51,509 bases of DNA from Cyanobacteria bacterium P01_A01_bin.123 (GCA_039815185.1 JBCBZT010000053.1:1-51509); one strand, 5' to 3'; counted from the stretch's first letter, positions 19,281-30,909 are shown. Numbers and translations are program-made. The notes: a model not told the origin generated them from the letters alone.

Positions 19281-20237
19281 TTAAGAAAGTGCCAACTGTT
19301 CCACTTTGGCTGCTTTGAGCATGTGATAGGTGATCAACAGCTGGGTCAATGCTAGGGGATAACTCTGCAAAATCTCGCCAGTAGTTCCGACGAGTTTGCC
19401 AATATCTTCATTGCCTTCCAACGAACAAAACTGTCCTAGATAGGGGACTTCATGACACAAGGTACGCTCTAGATCTTGCACTTGCTTAGCATTAGCATGA
19501 CCATCGATTTCTAAAACATCAACGGGTTTGCCCATGTCGCGATCAAGTTCGAGGCGAATGGCATCCCCTAGGCCATTATTCATATCGTCGATGAGGTGGG
19601 TGAAGTCAGGGTGGGGGATAGTTGGCCGCAACACCAGACGCACATTCAGCAACAAATCATCCTGTTTGGTATTGTCATCCTCAGGGGGGTAGAAACTGAC
19701 CACAACATCGGCCCACTGTCGTTGGGGTCGAATGAACGCGTCAGAATCAGATTCGCGTTGCTTGAGTTGCTGCCTAACTTGCTCATCAGTGTAGCCACGC
19801 TTGCGGGTGTCGCGCTTGATTTTCCAGTTGTAACGCAGGGGTTCTGGTGGGGCAAGGTAGACCTTGACGTCGTAGCTATCTCGCGCTGCACGAGTTGAGT
19901 ATCCCAATAGACCCTCAACGATTACAAATCGCTTGGGTTCAATATATTCTGGGGCATCAAAGCCACCCGTGCTGTGGTTGTAAATTGGCTTGAGAATAGA
20001 TTGCCCAGTCCGCAAAAGGCTCAAATGCTGCTGAATAATATCTAAGTAGTTGCAATCTGGATGCAGGGCTGAGATGCCCATCTCTTTGCGCTGTTGCCGA
20101 TCGTATCTGTGATAGTCGTCCGTGCAAATGGCAGTGACTTGGTCTTCTCCTAAAATTTGGGCAATCCCACGGGTCAGGGTCGTTTTCCCCGCCGCACTGT
20201 CCCCGACAATGCCAAGAATAATGGGACGACTGGGCAT
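19281..20237 (-). CDS. prk: Phosphoribulokinase-like protein (second, non-canonical paralog)
   Basis: GDSAAGKTT P-loop, ICTDDYHRYDR, KPIYNHSTG, VEGL, WKIKRD..RG, FIRPQR. Confidence 0.75.
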   Translation of the reverse strand: MPSRPIILGIVGDSAAGKTTLTRGIAQILGEDQVTAICTDDYHRYDRQQRKEMGISALHPDCNYLDIIQQHLSLLRTGQSILKPIYNHSTGGFDAPEYIEPKRFVIVEGLLGYSTRAARDSYDVKVYLAPPEPLRYNWKIKRDTRKRGYTDEQVRQQLKQRESDSDAFIRPQRQWADVVVSFYPPEDDNTKQDDLLLNVRLVLRPTIPHPDFTHLIDDMNNGLGDAIRLELDRDMGKPVDVLEIDGHANAKQVQDLERTLCHEVPYLGQFCSLEGNEDIGKLVGTTGEILQSYPLALTQLLITYHMLKAAKVEQLALS

Positions 20238-20392
20238 ACTTCCTCCTAGGTGGTTCTCAAGATCCGCAAATTTTAGATCTTCTTAAGGAACTTGTTCCAT
20301 TGTAGAGATCAATGAGAATTAGCTCAAGCAAGCGTTAAGATTAGCCGGGATCAACGGCTACGAGAGTAAACCACGTTTTAGCATCCTGGGTT

Positions 20393-21700
20393 ATGCCATC
20401 ACGCGAACAACTCCAACAGGCTAGGGAAGGGCATGCTGAAGCGATCGCGGCTTTGCTCAATACCGCTCTTGCTTCCCGCAACATGACCGCTCAAGTACAG
20501 CGCTGTGGCGACGAACTCCAAATTTTATTGGAGTCTTCCAGCCTCCCGCCCCAGCAAGCCACGGTTGAGTTCGTACGCCAGGGGTTACAACGTCTCAAGG
20601 TAACCTCAGTCGCAACCGTAACCTTAATGGGGCAAAAGCAGGGTTACTTAAAGGAGCACTGGCAAGTCATTTTCGACCTCTATGGTACGACAGTGACCTC
20701 ATTAAATGAAGCCAAGCCGACCAAGTCGGTGGCGCCTGATCCCCAATCTGCCCCCCCAACGGGCAGAAATTTTCCACGCGCCGACCTATGGGATTCACCT
20801 CAAACAGTCGAGGCTCAGTCACCGTTGCCGCCACCCGAAAATGCAAGGCCGCACCACCAGGACATTAGCCCCATCGGCAATATTTCCCCAAGGCAAACCA
20901 TTCCGCCGCCACCCCCTAGCTCAACAGCACCCCAAAGTTCTCCACAGGACGAGAATTTGCTTCAATTGTTGGGCTTTGGGTTTGGATTGGGCTGTGTGAT
21001 TACGTATTTGAAGGTGACCGCATTTTTGCTGCACCCAATGATTACCCTTGTCCATGAATTGGGTCATGCCTTTGCAGCTTGGCTGTTGGGGTATCCCGCA
21101 ATTCCAGCTTTTGACTTTGTTCACGGGGGCGGGGTAACTGCGCATTTTAGTCGTGCGCCCCTGCTGATTTATTTGGTCTATATCGGACTGGCTTTTCTTT
21201 ATTACCGCTATCGCAAAAACTATTTGACCTTGCGGTTGCTGTTAGGTGTAACAGTGACCTATTCCATCATGGCGTTTTTGCCCGCTCACGAAGACCTGAT
21301 TACGGCCATGGGTCATGCCTTTGAGCTACTATTTGTGGTGATTTTTGGATTTCAGGGATTAACAGGCATTGGCTGCCGCTACGGGAAACTGGAGCGATCG
21401 CTGTATTTTATGGTCGCCTTCTATATCTGGTTTTCTTGCCTCAATTTTAGTTGGAAGCTGATCGCTGATCAGGCTTTCCAGGCTAGCTACCTCAGCGGCA
21501 AAGGCGGGCTAGTGAACGATTTTGTGATTTTGGCAGGGCATTACGCTGGGGGCAATTTAGGCGCGATCGCGATCGCATTTCTGCTTGCTTGCCTAGCCGT
21601 TCCACCAATCACTTGGCTGATCTATCGCCACCGCCACCGCCTTGCCGCTGCCATTCATAGATTTTGGGTTGTCACCGACGCCCCCCGCTTTTCTTGGTGA
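20393..21700 (+). CDS. Membrane protein with cyanobacterial N-terminal domain, Pro-rich linker and HELGH (M50-like zinc metalloprotease) region
   Basis: TLVHELGHAFAAW within a multi-TM C-terminal half, a later NDF motif and a Pro/Ser-rich linker. Confidence 0.6.
   Translation: MPSREQLQQAREGHAEAIAALLNTALASRNMTAQVQRCGDELQILLESSSLPPQQATVEFVRQGLQRLKVTSVATVTLMGQKQGYLKEHWQVIFDLYGTTVTSLNEAKPTKSVAPDPQSAPPTGRNFPRADLWDSPQTVEAQSPLPPPENARPHHQDISPIGNISPRQTIPPPPPSSTAPQSSPQDENLLQLLGFGFGLGCVITYLKVTAFLLHPMITLVHELGHAFAAWLLGYPAIPAFDFVHGGGVTAHFSRAPLLIYLVYIGLAFLYYRYRKNYLTLRLLLGVTVTYSIMAFLPAHEDLITAMGHAFELLFVVIFGFQGLTGIGCRYGKLERSLYFMVAFYIWFSCLNFSWKLIADQAFQASYLSGKGGLVNDFVILAGHYAGGNLGAIAIAFLLACLAVPPITWLIYRHRHRLAAAIHRFWVVTDAPRFSW
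21563..21576. repeat. HIP1 octamer (GCGATCGC), overlapping pair; representative of many copies across the window
   Basis: GCGATCGCGATCGC at 21563-76. Other copies include 615-622 and 861-868. Confidence 0.9.
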
Positions 21701-21750
21701 AGCAGAAGACTTACAGGGCGTAAGCGCATCAACAAATGCTGCACAATAGC

Positions 21751-22278
21751 TCAACTCTCCTGCCAAGCAAACTTGCCATCCTTCCAAAAAGCAACCACGA
21801 GGCCAATCAAGTATTTGACCACGGTTTCGCCAAACAAAATCGAGATCATCTCAGCAGTAGAAAAAACGCCAGCAAAGGCCACTAGGGTAAATAGCAGCGT
21901 ATCGAGGGGTACGGATACCGCGTTACTCCCGATTACTCGCAATAGCCAGGGATAGGGCAAGAGTCGCTGATAAATCTCAGTATCGGCAGTTTCAGCCAAC
22001 ACAATCGCCAAAAAACTAGCCAAAATGATCCGCAGCGGTACCCCCAAGATGGCACTCATAAGGATGTTGGCAAAGGCCGCGAGCGCAATCATCATGTATA
22101 CCCATCTGCGCCCTGCTGCATGGAGGCGATCGCGCTGGGTAAACGTCACCCCAAAGATGAAAGTCCCCACCGCAACCTGGCCAAAAACGGGTAAAGGGAT
22201 AAACCAAGCCGCCGTATAGTTGGCACCCAAGGTGGCAAGGACGTAAATTAAGCCATTAATCCAATGTTTTGCTTGCAC
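21751..22278 (-). CDS. VUT family (queuosine-precursor transporter-like) membrane protein
   Basis: FTQRD, RIILASFLAIVLAETADTEIY and SNAVSVPLDTLLF motifs. GTG start. Confidence 0.75.
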   Translation of the reverse strand: MQAKHWINGLIYVLATLGANYTAAWFIPLPVFGQVAVGTFIFGVTFTQRDRLHAAGRRWVYMMIALAAFANILMSAILGVPLRIILASFLAIVLAETADTEIYQRLLPYPWLLRVIGSNAVSVPLDTLLFTLVAFAGVFSTAEMISILFGETVVKYLIGLVVAFWKDGKFAWQES

Positions 22279-22839
22279 AGGTACTTCCTATTTGCAAAAC
22301 CTAAATGGTACCAATCTTTAGACAGACTAACTTTGAGCGTTGAAGCGTTGCGTTGTCCATATTGCTTAGGCGACTGCGACTACAACACGATGCGATGGAG
22401 CCTGACACTAAACTGCACGATGCATGTCTACGGGCAATTTTTAATACCAGTCCTTGACTTTCTTGATTTGTACTGATGACTGAATCGCCGTTACATGGGC
22501 GGCAAATCACTTCTTAAGAAAAGCGATCAGCCCTATTTTCTGGTGGATATATTTTGTTGAGTCATTCATCCAAGTATGATTTTTCCTAATGATTTTGACT
22601 GCTATTTGTAAACACAGTGAGTATTTTTGGGCACTATTGGGATAACTAAATTACCAAATGTCTTAATATCCCAGGCATTCATGAACCAGAGCGCTTGCTC
22701 GCTGCTAAGGCGCAGGTGTCTTAGGTATCTTTCAGCACCTTAGTCAAGACTGATTGGCCAACACTCTGCCGTCCCCTAAGCCGTATCAGGCAAGCTCCTT
22801 ACACCCGTTGTCCGCATCTTTAGAAGCAATAGGCGAGCT

Positions 22840-25839
22840 ATGACCTCTAACCCTGTATTGCCATCCATCAACAATACAATCCCCGATCAGTCCCACCACC
22901 CGCTCAAAGCCTTACTCAAAAGCATTGCTCGCATTAGTCAACCCCTTGCATTAGATCAGATTTTTCAAACGACAGCCACAGAAGTCAGGCAGCTTTTGAA
23001 CGCTGATCGGGTGGCCATATTCCGCTTTGATCCGGCAACCGACTGGGAAGGGGAGTTTGTTTCGGAAGACGTCGCAGCAGGATGGAATTCTGTTTTAGCA
23101 GAGCGGGTCTATGATCACTGCTTTGGCAAACAATTTGCGGCTCAATACCAGCAGGGGCGGGGGCAGGCAGTAGCCGATATTCATGCAGCTGATCTCAGTG
23201 ATTGCCATGCCAGCATTTTGGATCAGTTTCAGGTGCGGGCTAACTTGGTCGTGCCTATTTTGCAAGGTGCTCAACTTTGGGGGCTTCTCTGTATCCATCA
23301 ATGTGCAGAAGCACGCCAGTGGCGTGAAGATGATATTGAATTTGTGCGCTGTATCGCGGAGCATTTAAGCCTTACGCTGAAGCATATTGCCTCGTTGTCT
23401 GCGGTTCACTATCAGGTTAAGCAACAAAAGGCCTTAACTGGGGTAATTAACCGCATTCGGGAATCTCTGGATTTAGACACGATTTTCCAGACAACCGTCA
23501 ATGAAGTGCGGCAACTTTTGCAGGTAGACCGGGCTGGTATCTTTCAGTTTTATCCCGAACAAGGCTGGGAAGGGGGATTTGTTGCAGAAGACCATGCTGA
23601 GGGATTATCTTCTGCGATCGCGGAAAGGGTACGCGATCACTGTTTTGGCGAAAACTATGCCACCCTTTATCAGCAAGGCCGGATGTATGTGTCGGCCAAT
23701 ATTTACGAATCGGGTTTACAAAGTTGCCATGTGCAAATCTTAGAACGCTTTCAGGTTAAGGCTAATGTCGTTGTCCCGTTAGTCAAGGGGGATGACCTTT
23801 GGGGACTCCTCTGCATTCATCAGTGCCGGAGTACTCGACATTGGAAAGACTCTGAAATTGAGTTTATTCGCCAGATTGGAGAGCAGCTGAGTGTCGCCCT
23901 AACCCAAGAAGGTCAAGTGAATCAGCTACAACTGCAGGCAGCTCAACTGGCCGATGCAGCCTCCCGTGAAAGTGCCTTGGAACGTCAGAAGCTCCTATCA
24001 GCCACAATCGATAAAATTCGTCAATCATTAGACATTCAAGAAATTTTTAAGACAACTACCCATGAATCTCGTCAACTGCTAGCCGCAGAGCGGGTGGCGA
24101 TCTATCAGTTTAACCCCGATTGGAGTGGCGACTTTATTGCTGAATCAATGGCCGAAGGGTGGCTACCGCTCGTTGGTGTGCAGCCTACTGTAAAAGATAC
24201 CCACCTCATGGAAACCCAGGGGGGGCGTTATACCAATTGCGAAACCTTTGTCAGTGACGATATCTACCAGTCTGGTCATCAGGATTGCCACATCGCCCTG
24301 TTAGAAGAATTTCAAGCGCGGGCCTATGCCATTGCCCCCATTATGGTGGGGAATCGCTTATGGGGCTTGCTGGCTGCCTATCAAAATTCAGCCCCACGCC
24401 ATTGGGAAACCGAAGAAATTGAACTGCTAGCACAATTGGGCACCCAATTTGGGATAGCCCTGAATCAGGCCGAGTCGATGGCCCAAGTCCAACAACAAGC
24501 GACGGCTTTACAAAAAGCAACCCAACGCCAAAAGGCCCTTTCACACACAATCGATAAAATTCGCCAGTCGTTGGATATTGACACCATTTTCACAACCACG
24601 ACCCAGGAAGTTCGCCAACTGTTGGATGTCGAGCGGGTAGCGATCTATCGGTTTAATACCGATTGGAGCGGTGATTTTGTAGCAGATTCAATTGTGGACG
24701 GATGGCAGCCGACGAGGCCTGCCCAAGGGATGATTGCCGACAGATTTTCTAAGGTCAATCAAGATGGCCAACTGCCTCGCAATGAAGTCTTTGTGCCCAT
24801 TTCTCAAGGCGAGCAACTGTGGGGGCTATTAATGGCCTATCAAACCTCAACACCACGATACTGGGAAGAAGAAGAAGTGAGACTACTGGCCCAGGTGGGG
24901 GCACAACTGGGCATTGCCGTACATCAAGCAGAGTTATTAAAGCAAAAGCAGCAACAAGCTGAGCAACTCAACCAAACACTTAACGATCTACAAAGAACCC
25001 AGGCACAGTTGATACAGGGCGAAAAAATGGCTGGGCTAGGGCATTTAATGGCAGGAATTGCCCACGAGATTAACAATCCGGTCAGTTTTATCTTTGGTAA
25101 TGTCACTCCGGCCCAAGAATACATCACCGATTTGCTGGACTTATTGCGACTTTATCAACAGCAATATCCTGAACCCACTGAGGCGATTCAAACGAAAGTC
25201 GACGACATCGATTTGGACTTTTTGGCGGATGATCTCCCTAAGCTCATCAACTCTATGCAAATGGGAGCATCCCGGATTAAGGAAATTGTTCAAAGTATGC
25301 GCGTGTTTTCTCGCATGGATGAAGCAGCCTGTAAAGCAGTCGATCTCCATCAAGGGATAGACAGCACTCTCTTAATCTTGGGCCATCGATTGAAAGCTCA
25401 GGATCAACGTCCCGCGATTGAAGTAGAGAAGTCCTACGATGATTTACCACTCGTCAATTGCTATGCAGGCCCCTTAAATCAGGTATTTATGAATCTCTTG
25501 AGCAATGCGATTGATGCTTTAGGAGAAGCGTTACCGAGCGGGAGGTTTCCTCAGATTCAGATTCTCACGAATTGGTTGCGAGAACATGACAGCGTGGTAA
25601 TTCAGATTAGAGATAATGGCCTGGGCATCCCTGAATCTATTCTCAATAATGTGTTTAATCCCTTCTTCACGACTAAACCCGTTGGCAAAGGAACCGGGTT
25701 AGGTCTATCGATTAGCCATCAAGTTGTGACAGAAATCCATCAAGGTAAATTAGAGTGTTTTTCTCAGCCTATGGCAGGAACGACCTTCCGAATTGAGATC
25801 CCCATCAACTCAGGAAAAGTTGCGTTAGGTTCGGTTTGA
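22840..25839 (+). CDS. Multi-GAF cyanobacteriochrome sensor histidine kinase
   Basis: GAF1 and GAF2 each carry DHCF plus CH. GAF3 has DTHL/TQGG/CH. GAF4 is degenerate. H-box AHEINNP and PFFTTKPVGKGTGLGL. Confidence 0.92.
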   Translation: MTSNPVLPSINNTIPDQSHHPLKALLKSIARISQPLALDQIFQTTATEVRQLLNADRVAIFRFDPATDWEGEFVSEDVAAGWNSVLAERVYDHCFGKQFAAQYQQGRGQAVADIHAADLSDCHASILDQFQVRANLVVPILQGAQLWGLLCIHQCAEARQWREDDIEFVRCIAEHLSLTLKHIASLSAVHYQVKQQKALTGVINRIRESLDLDTIFQTTVNEVRQLLQVDRAGIFQFYPEQGWEGGFVAEDHAEGLSSAIAERVRDHCFGENYATLYQQGRMYVSANIYESGLQSCHVQILERFQVKANVVVPLVKGDDLWGLLCIHQCRSTRHWKDSEIEFIRQIGEQLSVALTQEGQVNQLQLQAAQLADAASRESALERQKLLSATIDKIRQSLDIQEIFKTTTHESRQLLAAERVAIYQFNPDWSGDFIAESMAEGWLPLVGVQPTVKDTHLMETQGGRYTNCETFVSDDIYQSGHQDCHIALLEEFQARAYAIAPIMVGNRLWGLLAAYQNSAPRHWETEEIELLAQLGTQFGIALNQAESMAQVQQQATALQKATQRQKALSHTIDKIRQSLDIDTIFTTTTQEVRQLLDVERVAIYRFNTDWSGDFVADSIVDGWQPTRPAQGMIADRFSKVNQDGQLPRNEVFVPISQGEQLWGLLMAYQTSTPRYWEEEEVRLLAQVGAQLGIAVHQAELLKQKQQQAEQLNQTLNDLQRTQAQLIQGEKMAGLGHLMAGIAHEINNPVSFIFGNVTPAQEYITDLLDLLRLYQQQYPEPTEAIQTKVDDIDLDFLADDLPKLINSMQMGASRIKEIVQSMRVFSRMDEAACKAVDLHQGIDSTLLILGHRLKAQDQRPAIEVEKSYDDLPLVNCYAGPLNQVFMNLLSNAIDALGEALPSGRFPQIQILTNWLREHDSVVIQIRDNGLGIPESILNNVFNPFFTTKPVGKGTGLGLSISHQVVTEIHQGKLECFSQPMAGTTFRIEIPINSGKVALGSV

Positions 25840-25960
25840 TTTATTTTTAACCCAATCTCAGGAAGCCCTACCCATAAGGACAGGGCTTTTGTCTAGCAAA
25901 GCGATTCAGCCATTCTAGGGGCCTTACTCAATGGGGCCAAATCAGATTCATAATCTGGGC

Positions 25961-28900
25961 TTAAACCGAACTCAAAACCTTAGTTCCTTCGGCTTCAGGA
26001 TTGGCTTGGGGCATCTCTGCCTCTGAGGGCGGTACTACCTGCCAAAATTGCGGCAAATAAGTTGACCAATTGGCCAGAATGCGAGCGGCTTTAGCACTAC
26101 CTGTGCGTTCAGCATGAAGTTCAATTAGGGCTTTAAGCTGTTGTTCTCCTGCTTGGGTCAACACCCGCTGCACTTTAACGATCTCGGGGTTGACCTTGGT
26201 TGGGAAAGTCCCGTCTTCGTCCAGGAAGTAGGCCAACCCACCCGTCATGCCTGCGCCCACATTGCGTCCAGCCCGACCTAAAACAACTACAGTGCCGCCG
26301 GTCATATATTCGCAGCAGTGGTCTCCAGCCCCTTCAATCACTGCTTGCCCCTTGGAATTGCGCACGGCGAACCGTTCTCCAGCTTGGCCCAGGGCATAAA
26401 GGGTGCCGCCCGTTGCACCGTAGAGACAGGTGTTGCCTACAATCACGTTTTCAGAGGGGTCATAGGTAACTGTTGCCAAAGGTTTGATGACGATTTCGCC
26501 ACCGTTCATCCCTTTGCCAACATAATCATTGGCTTCCCCGATTAGGGTCAACGCCATGCTCGGTAGGTTAAACGCACCAAAGCTCTGGCCCACCGTGCCG
26601 TTGAAGGTTAAGTTGATCTGGCCTGAGAAGCCTGTGTTGCCGTATTTGGCTGCGATCGCCCCGGCCATCCGCGCTCCAACAGTGCGATCCGTATTGACCA
26701 CATCATAGGATTTGTCTATGGTTCCCTGGGTCTCAATTGCCTTTTGGATATCAGGGTCTTGCAAGATCACATCATCAAGCACCGGGCCGTTGCTATTAAT
26801 CTCACCGTGGTTGAGCCAGCTGCGATCGCTGCGAGTATCGGGCAAATCAATCAGAAAAGTCAGATCTAATCCAGCAGTTTTGGTCAAGCTTGCACCATCC
26901 CGGTGTTTAAGCAGGTCAGCCCGACCAATAAGATCGGCTAGAGCACGATAGCCCAGATGGGCCAACAGCGATCGCACTTCTTCGGCAATAAAGTAGAAGA
27001 AATTAACCACGTTCTCTGGGATACCCGTGAAACGCTTGCGCAGTTCCTCCTTCTGGGTGGCAACGCCCACAGGGCAGTTGTTGGTGTGGCAAACCCGCGC
27101 CATAATGCACCCTTCAGCAATCATAGCGATGGATCCAAAGCCAAATTCTTCGGCCCCCATTAGGGCTCCCATCAACACATCCCAGCCTGTTTTTAAGCCA
27201 CCATCGACGCGCAACAAAACGCGATCGCGCAGTTGATTCTCGATCAGCACCCGGTGAACTTCGGTTAATCCCAGTTCCCAAGAGACCCCTGCGTGTTTAA
27301 TTGAGCTTAAGGGAGATGCCCCAGTGCCGCCATCGTGTCCCGACACCTGAATCACATCAGCATTAGCCTTGGCTACCCCAGCGGCTACAGTACCGATGCC
27401 AATTTCAGATACCAGTTTTACCGAGACCCCAGCCTTGGGATTGATCTGGTGCAGGTCAAAGATCAGCTGGGCCAAATCTTCGATGGAGTAAATGTCATGG
27501 TGGGGCGGCGGCGAAATTAAGGAAACGCCCGGTTTAGAATTGCGCAATTTGGCGATGTAGGCGCTGACCTTCTTGCCCGGCAGCTGACCTCCCTCGCCGG
27601 GTTTTGCCCCCTGAGCGAGCTTGATTTCGATTTGCTTGGCGTTCATCAGATATTCCGGGGTGACACCAAAGCGCCCAGAAGCCACCTGCTTAATGGCAGA
27701 ACTAACCGTATCGCCGGCTTTAAGTCCTTTTAGATGAGGGAACTGGGGAGAAACGCCCTGCTCATCTACTCCAGTGACTGGCTTAAACCGCATCGGGTCT
27801 TCGCCCCCTTCCCCAGAGTTTGACTTACCGCCAATGCGGTTCATGGCAATGGCCAGCACTTCGTGAGCCTCCCGCGACAGGGCTCCCAGAGACATGCCCC
27901 CAGTGCAGAAACGCTGCATAATATCAGCCACCGATTCGACCTCATCGAGGGGGATGGAGGCGCGATCGCTGGTGAAATCTAGTAAATCCCGTAAGGCTGT
28001 AATCGGGCGATTTTCAAGCTGCTGTTTATACAAATCGTAGTGATCGTACTGCTTGGTCTCTAATGCCTTGTGCAATAACTTGGTCATGGCCGGGTTATTC
28101 ATGTGATATTCTCCCCGCGGCCTCGCCTGTACAAACCCCATGTTTTCCAACCGTTTGCTAGACAGCTCTGGGAAAGCACGGTGATGGAAAGAGACCGTCT
28201 CTTGGGCCAGATCAGCCAGGGTTAATCCGCCCAAGCGAGAGGTCGTACCGTAGAAGGCGAGATCTACCAGATCCTTGCCCAAACCAATGGCCTCAAAAAT
28301 CTGTGCCGCTTGGTAACTCGACAGCAAAGAAATGCCCATTTTCGAAAGAATCTTTAACAGGCCTGCATTGACTGCTTTGCGGTAATTATCCTGGGCACCG
28401 TTGAGGGTAGCAACAGGTAGCTTACCGGTTTCCATCAGCTTTTGGGTCTTGGCGTTGGCCCACCAATGGCGTACGCTTTCAAACGCCAGATAGGGGCAAA
28501 TAGCACTGGCACCATAGCCCAGCAGACAGGCAAAGTGGTGAGTACTCCAACACTGGGCTGTATCCACCACCAGCGAAGCCTGCATCCGCAACCCCTGCCG
28601 AATGAGATGGTGGTGAACCGCACCGACAGCTACCAGAGGCGGGATGTAAGTCATTCCCACGCTGGGTTGAGCAGGCTGTCCCAAGGCATCAATCCGGTCG
28701 CTGAGAATCAAAATCTCATGACCTGCCTCTGCAGCTCGATCCACCTGTTGGCAGAGTTGAGCGATCGCATCCTTTAACCCCTCTGGCCCGTCAACCAAAG
28801 GATACAGCGTTGACAAACTGGCCACAGAAAATCCAGACTGGCGCATGAGTTCCAGTTCTGGCTCATTCACGACAGGCGAATCAAGTTTCAGCAGGCGGGC

Positions 28901-30640
28901 ATGTTCCGGCTGCTCCTCTAATAGATTGCCGCGCCGTCCTAACTGAGTCTTTAACGACATCACCAACCGCTCCCGCAGGGGATCAATGGCTGGATTTGTG
29001 ACCTGGGCAAACCGCTGCTTGAAATAGTCGTAGAGCAAGTGGGGACGCTCAGAAAGCACCGCCAGGGGAATGTCATCGCCCATGCAAAAAGTGGGTTCCT
29101 TCCCTTGGGCTGCCATGTCTTGAATAATCATCTCCAGGTCTTCAGCGGTATAGCCAAAGGCCGTTTGCTGAATCAAAAGCTGGGACAGTTCCAGTCTGCT
29201 AGTATCTTGAAACAGTTGGGGTTGGATGGTCTGCCGATGCTGTCGCAACCAATTCCCGTAGGGCTGGGTTTGGGCTACCCGCTGTTTAATTGTCCAATTC
29301 TTCAGAATCTCCTGGGTTTGCAGATCAACAGCAATCATCTGACCAGGGCCCAGTCGTCCTTTTTCGACAATGGTGCTGGGGTCGATATCCACGACTCCAG
29401 CCTCGGAGGAGATCAGGATGTAGCCATCATCGGTGATCACATAGCGGGCAGGGCGCAGGCCGTTGCGATCCAGAGTAGCCCCCACCTGCTTGCCATCGCT
29501 AAATACAATCAGGGCTGGGCCATCCCAGGGTTCTTGGATGCCGCTGTAGTATTCATAAAAATCAGTGATTTCAGGATGATCCTGCAAGTCAGGCTGATTC
29601 ATGTAGGCCTCAGGCACCATGATCATTAGCGCTTCCTGGGGCGATCGCCCGGAGCGCACCAACATCTCCATTACGTTGTCCAGGTTGGCAGAGTCGCTAT
29701 TGTCAGAATTGACAACGGGTTTGAGGGTTTCCACGCGATCGCCCCACAACGGATGGGCCAGTTCGGGCTGGCGCGCCATCATCCAATTGATGTTGCCAAT
29801 TAGTGTGTTGATTTCTCCGTTATGCCCCACCAATCGCATCGGGTGGGCCAGCGGCCACTTAGGCATCGTGTTGGTGCTAAAGCGGCGGTGATAAATAGCA
29901 AAAGGGCTGATGAAGTCAGGATCTTTCAAGTCGGCATAAAACTGCCCCAAAATCACCGAGCGCACCATGCCTTTATAGACAATCGTGCGGCACGACATCG
30001 AGCACACATAAAAATCAGCCAGACTTACGGTTCTGGGATCCTCTGCTCCCAACATTTGCCGCTGCTGGCGCAAATCTTTGAGAATATGTCGTCGCAGCAG
30101 ATACAGTTCTCGCTCCAAATCATCGCCAGCTAGATGATCGGATGCCAGTACAACCTGCTCGATGCGCGGTTGGTTCTTTAACGCTTGTTCCCCCAAGACT
30201 TTAGGGTGCACAGGCACTTGGCGCCAGCCCACTAGGGTCAAGCCCATATCCGCAATGGATTGTTCGAAAACTTGTTTGGCAAGTTGAGCCGCCGCTTCCA
30301 GCTGTGGCAAAAACACCATCCCCACTGCTGTTCTTTCAGGGACGAGGGCGGCCATTTTGGTCACGTCTGCCCACCGATGGAACAGTTGCCAGGGAATGGC
30401 GGTCATCACACCAGCACCATCTCCAGAATCTTGGTCAGCACAGCACCCCCCTCGATGTTCCATACAGCCTAGGGCCGTCAGGGCTTTTTCAACCAAGTCA
30501 TGGCTAGCACGGGCATGGCTATCAGCCACAAACCCGACACCACAGGCGTCACGCTCTTCTACTAGCGATCGCGGCCCCCAATCAGTCATCTTGCTTCCTT
30601 GGTAGACAGATTGCCTTTGATTCACACGCTTGTTACCCAT
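25961..30640 (-). CDS. glsF: Ferredoxin-dependent glutamate synthase
   Basis: ERDACGVG N-terminal nucleophile, [29 protein letters not shown] 3Fe-4S motif, GXGXG C-terminal domain. No gltD is adjacent. Confidence 0.95.
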   Translation of the reverse strand: MGNKRVNQRQSVYQGSKMTDWGPRSLVEERDACGVGFVADSHARASHDLVEKALTALGCMEHRGGCCADQDSGDGAGVMTAIPWQLFHRWADVTKMAALVPERTAVGMVFLPQLEAAAQLAKQVFEQSIADMGLTLVGWRQVPVHPKVLGEQALKNQPRIEQVVLASDHLAGDDLERELYLLRRHILKDLRQQRQMLGAEDPRTVSLADFYVCSMSCRTIVYKGMVRSVILGQFYADLKDPDFISPFAIYHRRFSTNTMPKWPLAHPMRLVGHNGEINTLIGNINWMMARQPELAHPLWGDRVETLKPVVNSDNSDSANLDNVMEMLVRSGRSPQEALMIMVPEAYMNQPDLQDHPEITDFYEYYSGIQEPWDGPALIVFSDGKQVGATLDRNGLRPARYVITDDGYILISSEAGVVDIDPSTIVEKGRLGPGQMIAVDLQTQEILKNWTIKQRVAQTQPYGNWLRQHRQTIQPQLFQDTSRLELSQLLIQQTAFGYTAEDLEMIIQDMAAQGKEPTFCMGDDIPLAVLSERPHLLYDYFKQRFAQVTNPAIDPLRERLVMSLKTQLGRRGNLLEEQPEHARLLKLDSPVVNEPELELMRQSGFSVASLSTLYPLVDGPEGLKDAIAQLCQQVDRAAEAGHEILILSDRIDALGQPAQPSVGMTYIPPLVAVGAVHHHLIRQGLRMQASLVVDTAQCWSTHHFACLLGYGASAICPYLAFESVRHWWANAKTQKLMETGKLPVATLNGAQDNYRKAVNAGLLKILSKMGISLLSSYQAAQIFEAIGLGKDLVDLAFYGTTSRLGGLTLADLAQETVSFHHRAFPELSSKRLENMGFVQARPRGEYHMNNPAMTKLLHKALETKQYDHYDLYKQQLENRPITALRDLLDFTSDRASIPLDEVESVADIMQRFCTGGMSLGALSREAHEVLAIAMNRIGGKSNSGEGGEDPMRFKPVTGVDEQGVSPQFPHLKGLKAGDTVSSAIKQVASGRFGVTPEYLMNAKQIEIKLAQGAKPGEGGQLPGKKVSAYIAKLRNSKPGVSLISPPPHHDIYSIEDLAQLIFDLHQINPKAGVSVKLVSEIGIGTVAAGVAKANADVIQVSGHDGGTGASPLSSIKHAGVSWELGLTEVHRVLIENQLRDRVLLRVDGGLKTGWDVLMGALMGAEEFGFGSIAMIAEGCIMARVCHTNNCPVGVATQKEELRKRFTGIPENVVNFFYFIAEEVRSLLAHLGYRALADLIGRADLLKHRDGASLTKTAGLDLTFLIDLPDTRSDRSWLNHGEINSNGPVLDDVILQDPDIQKAIETQGTIDKSYDVVNTDRTVGARMAGAIAAKYGNTGFSGQINLTFNGTVGQSFGAFNLPSMALTLIGEANDYVGKGMNGGEIVIKPLATVTYDPSENVIVGNTCLYGATGGTLYALGQAGERFAVRNSKGQAVIEGAGDHCCEYMTGGTVVVLGRAGRNVGAGMTGGLAYFLDEDGTFPTKVNPEIVKVQRVLTQAGEQQLKALIELHAERTGSAKAARILANWSTYLPQFWQVVPPSEAEMPQANPEAEGTKVLSSV

Positions 30641-30909
30641 GGGACAGCCCAACTCAACTCATCTAATTTTCAACTCAACCCAAATCGTGACTTCTTTTCA
30701 TTCGTTGACAGTCTTTTGACCCTCATCCCACTTGACTAGGACTAGAGCGCCTAAGACCTCAAGAACATCCTGAAAAAGCTTAAAGAGGCGACAGAAACAG
30801 TACTTATCGCCTCAAATCCTCACCAATTGTCCATTAAGCAATATTAAGGATCTGACAACCAGCAGACATCCAGTAAGGGCTGGAATGGCAGATCGCCGCT
30901 TGAGTCAGG

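Noticed and set aside
19025..19318. Short intergenic ORFs (19025-19318, 22264-22476, 30885-31133, 33310-33495, 50103-50336)
   Set aside because: No homology cues or RBS. They overlap promoters or ends of real genes.
22279..22400. preQ1 riboswitch upstream of the VUT transporter
   Set aside because: No stem with a GUUC-type loop followed by an A-rich tail on the minus strand.
26200..30605. Numerous + strand ORFs within glsF, and similar shadow ORFs in fusA, rnj, asd and ggtC
   Set aside because: Antisense or alternative-frame shadows of well-conserved genes with no recognisable motifs.
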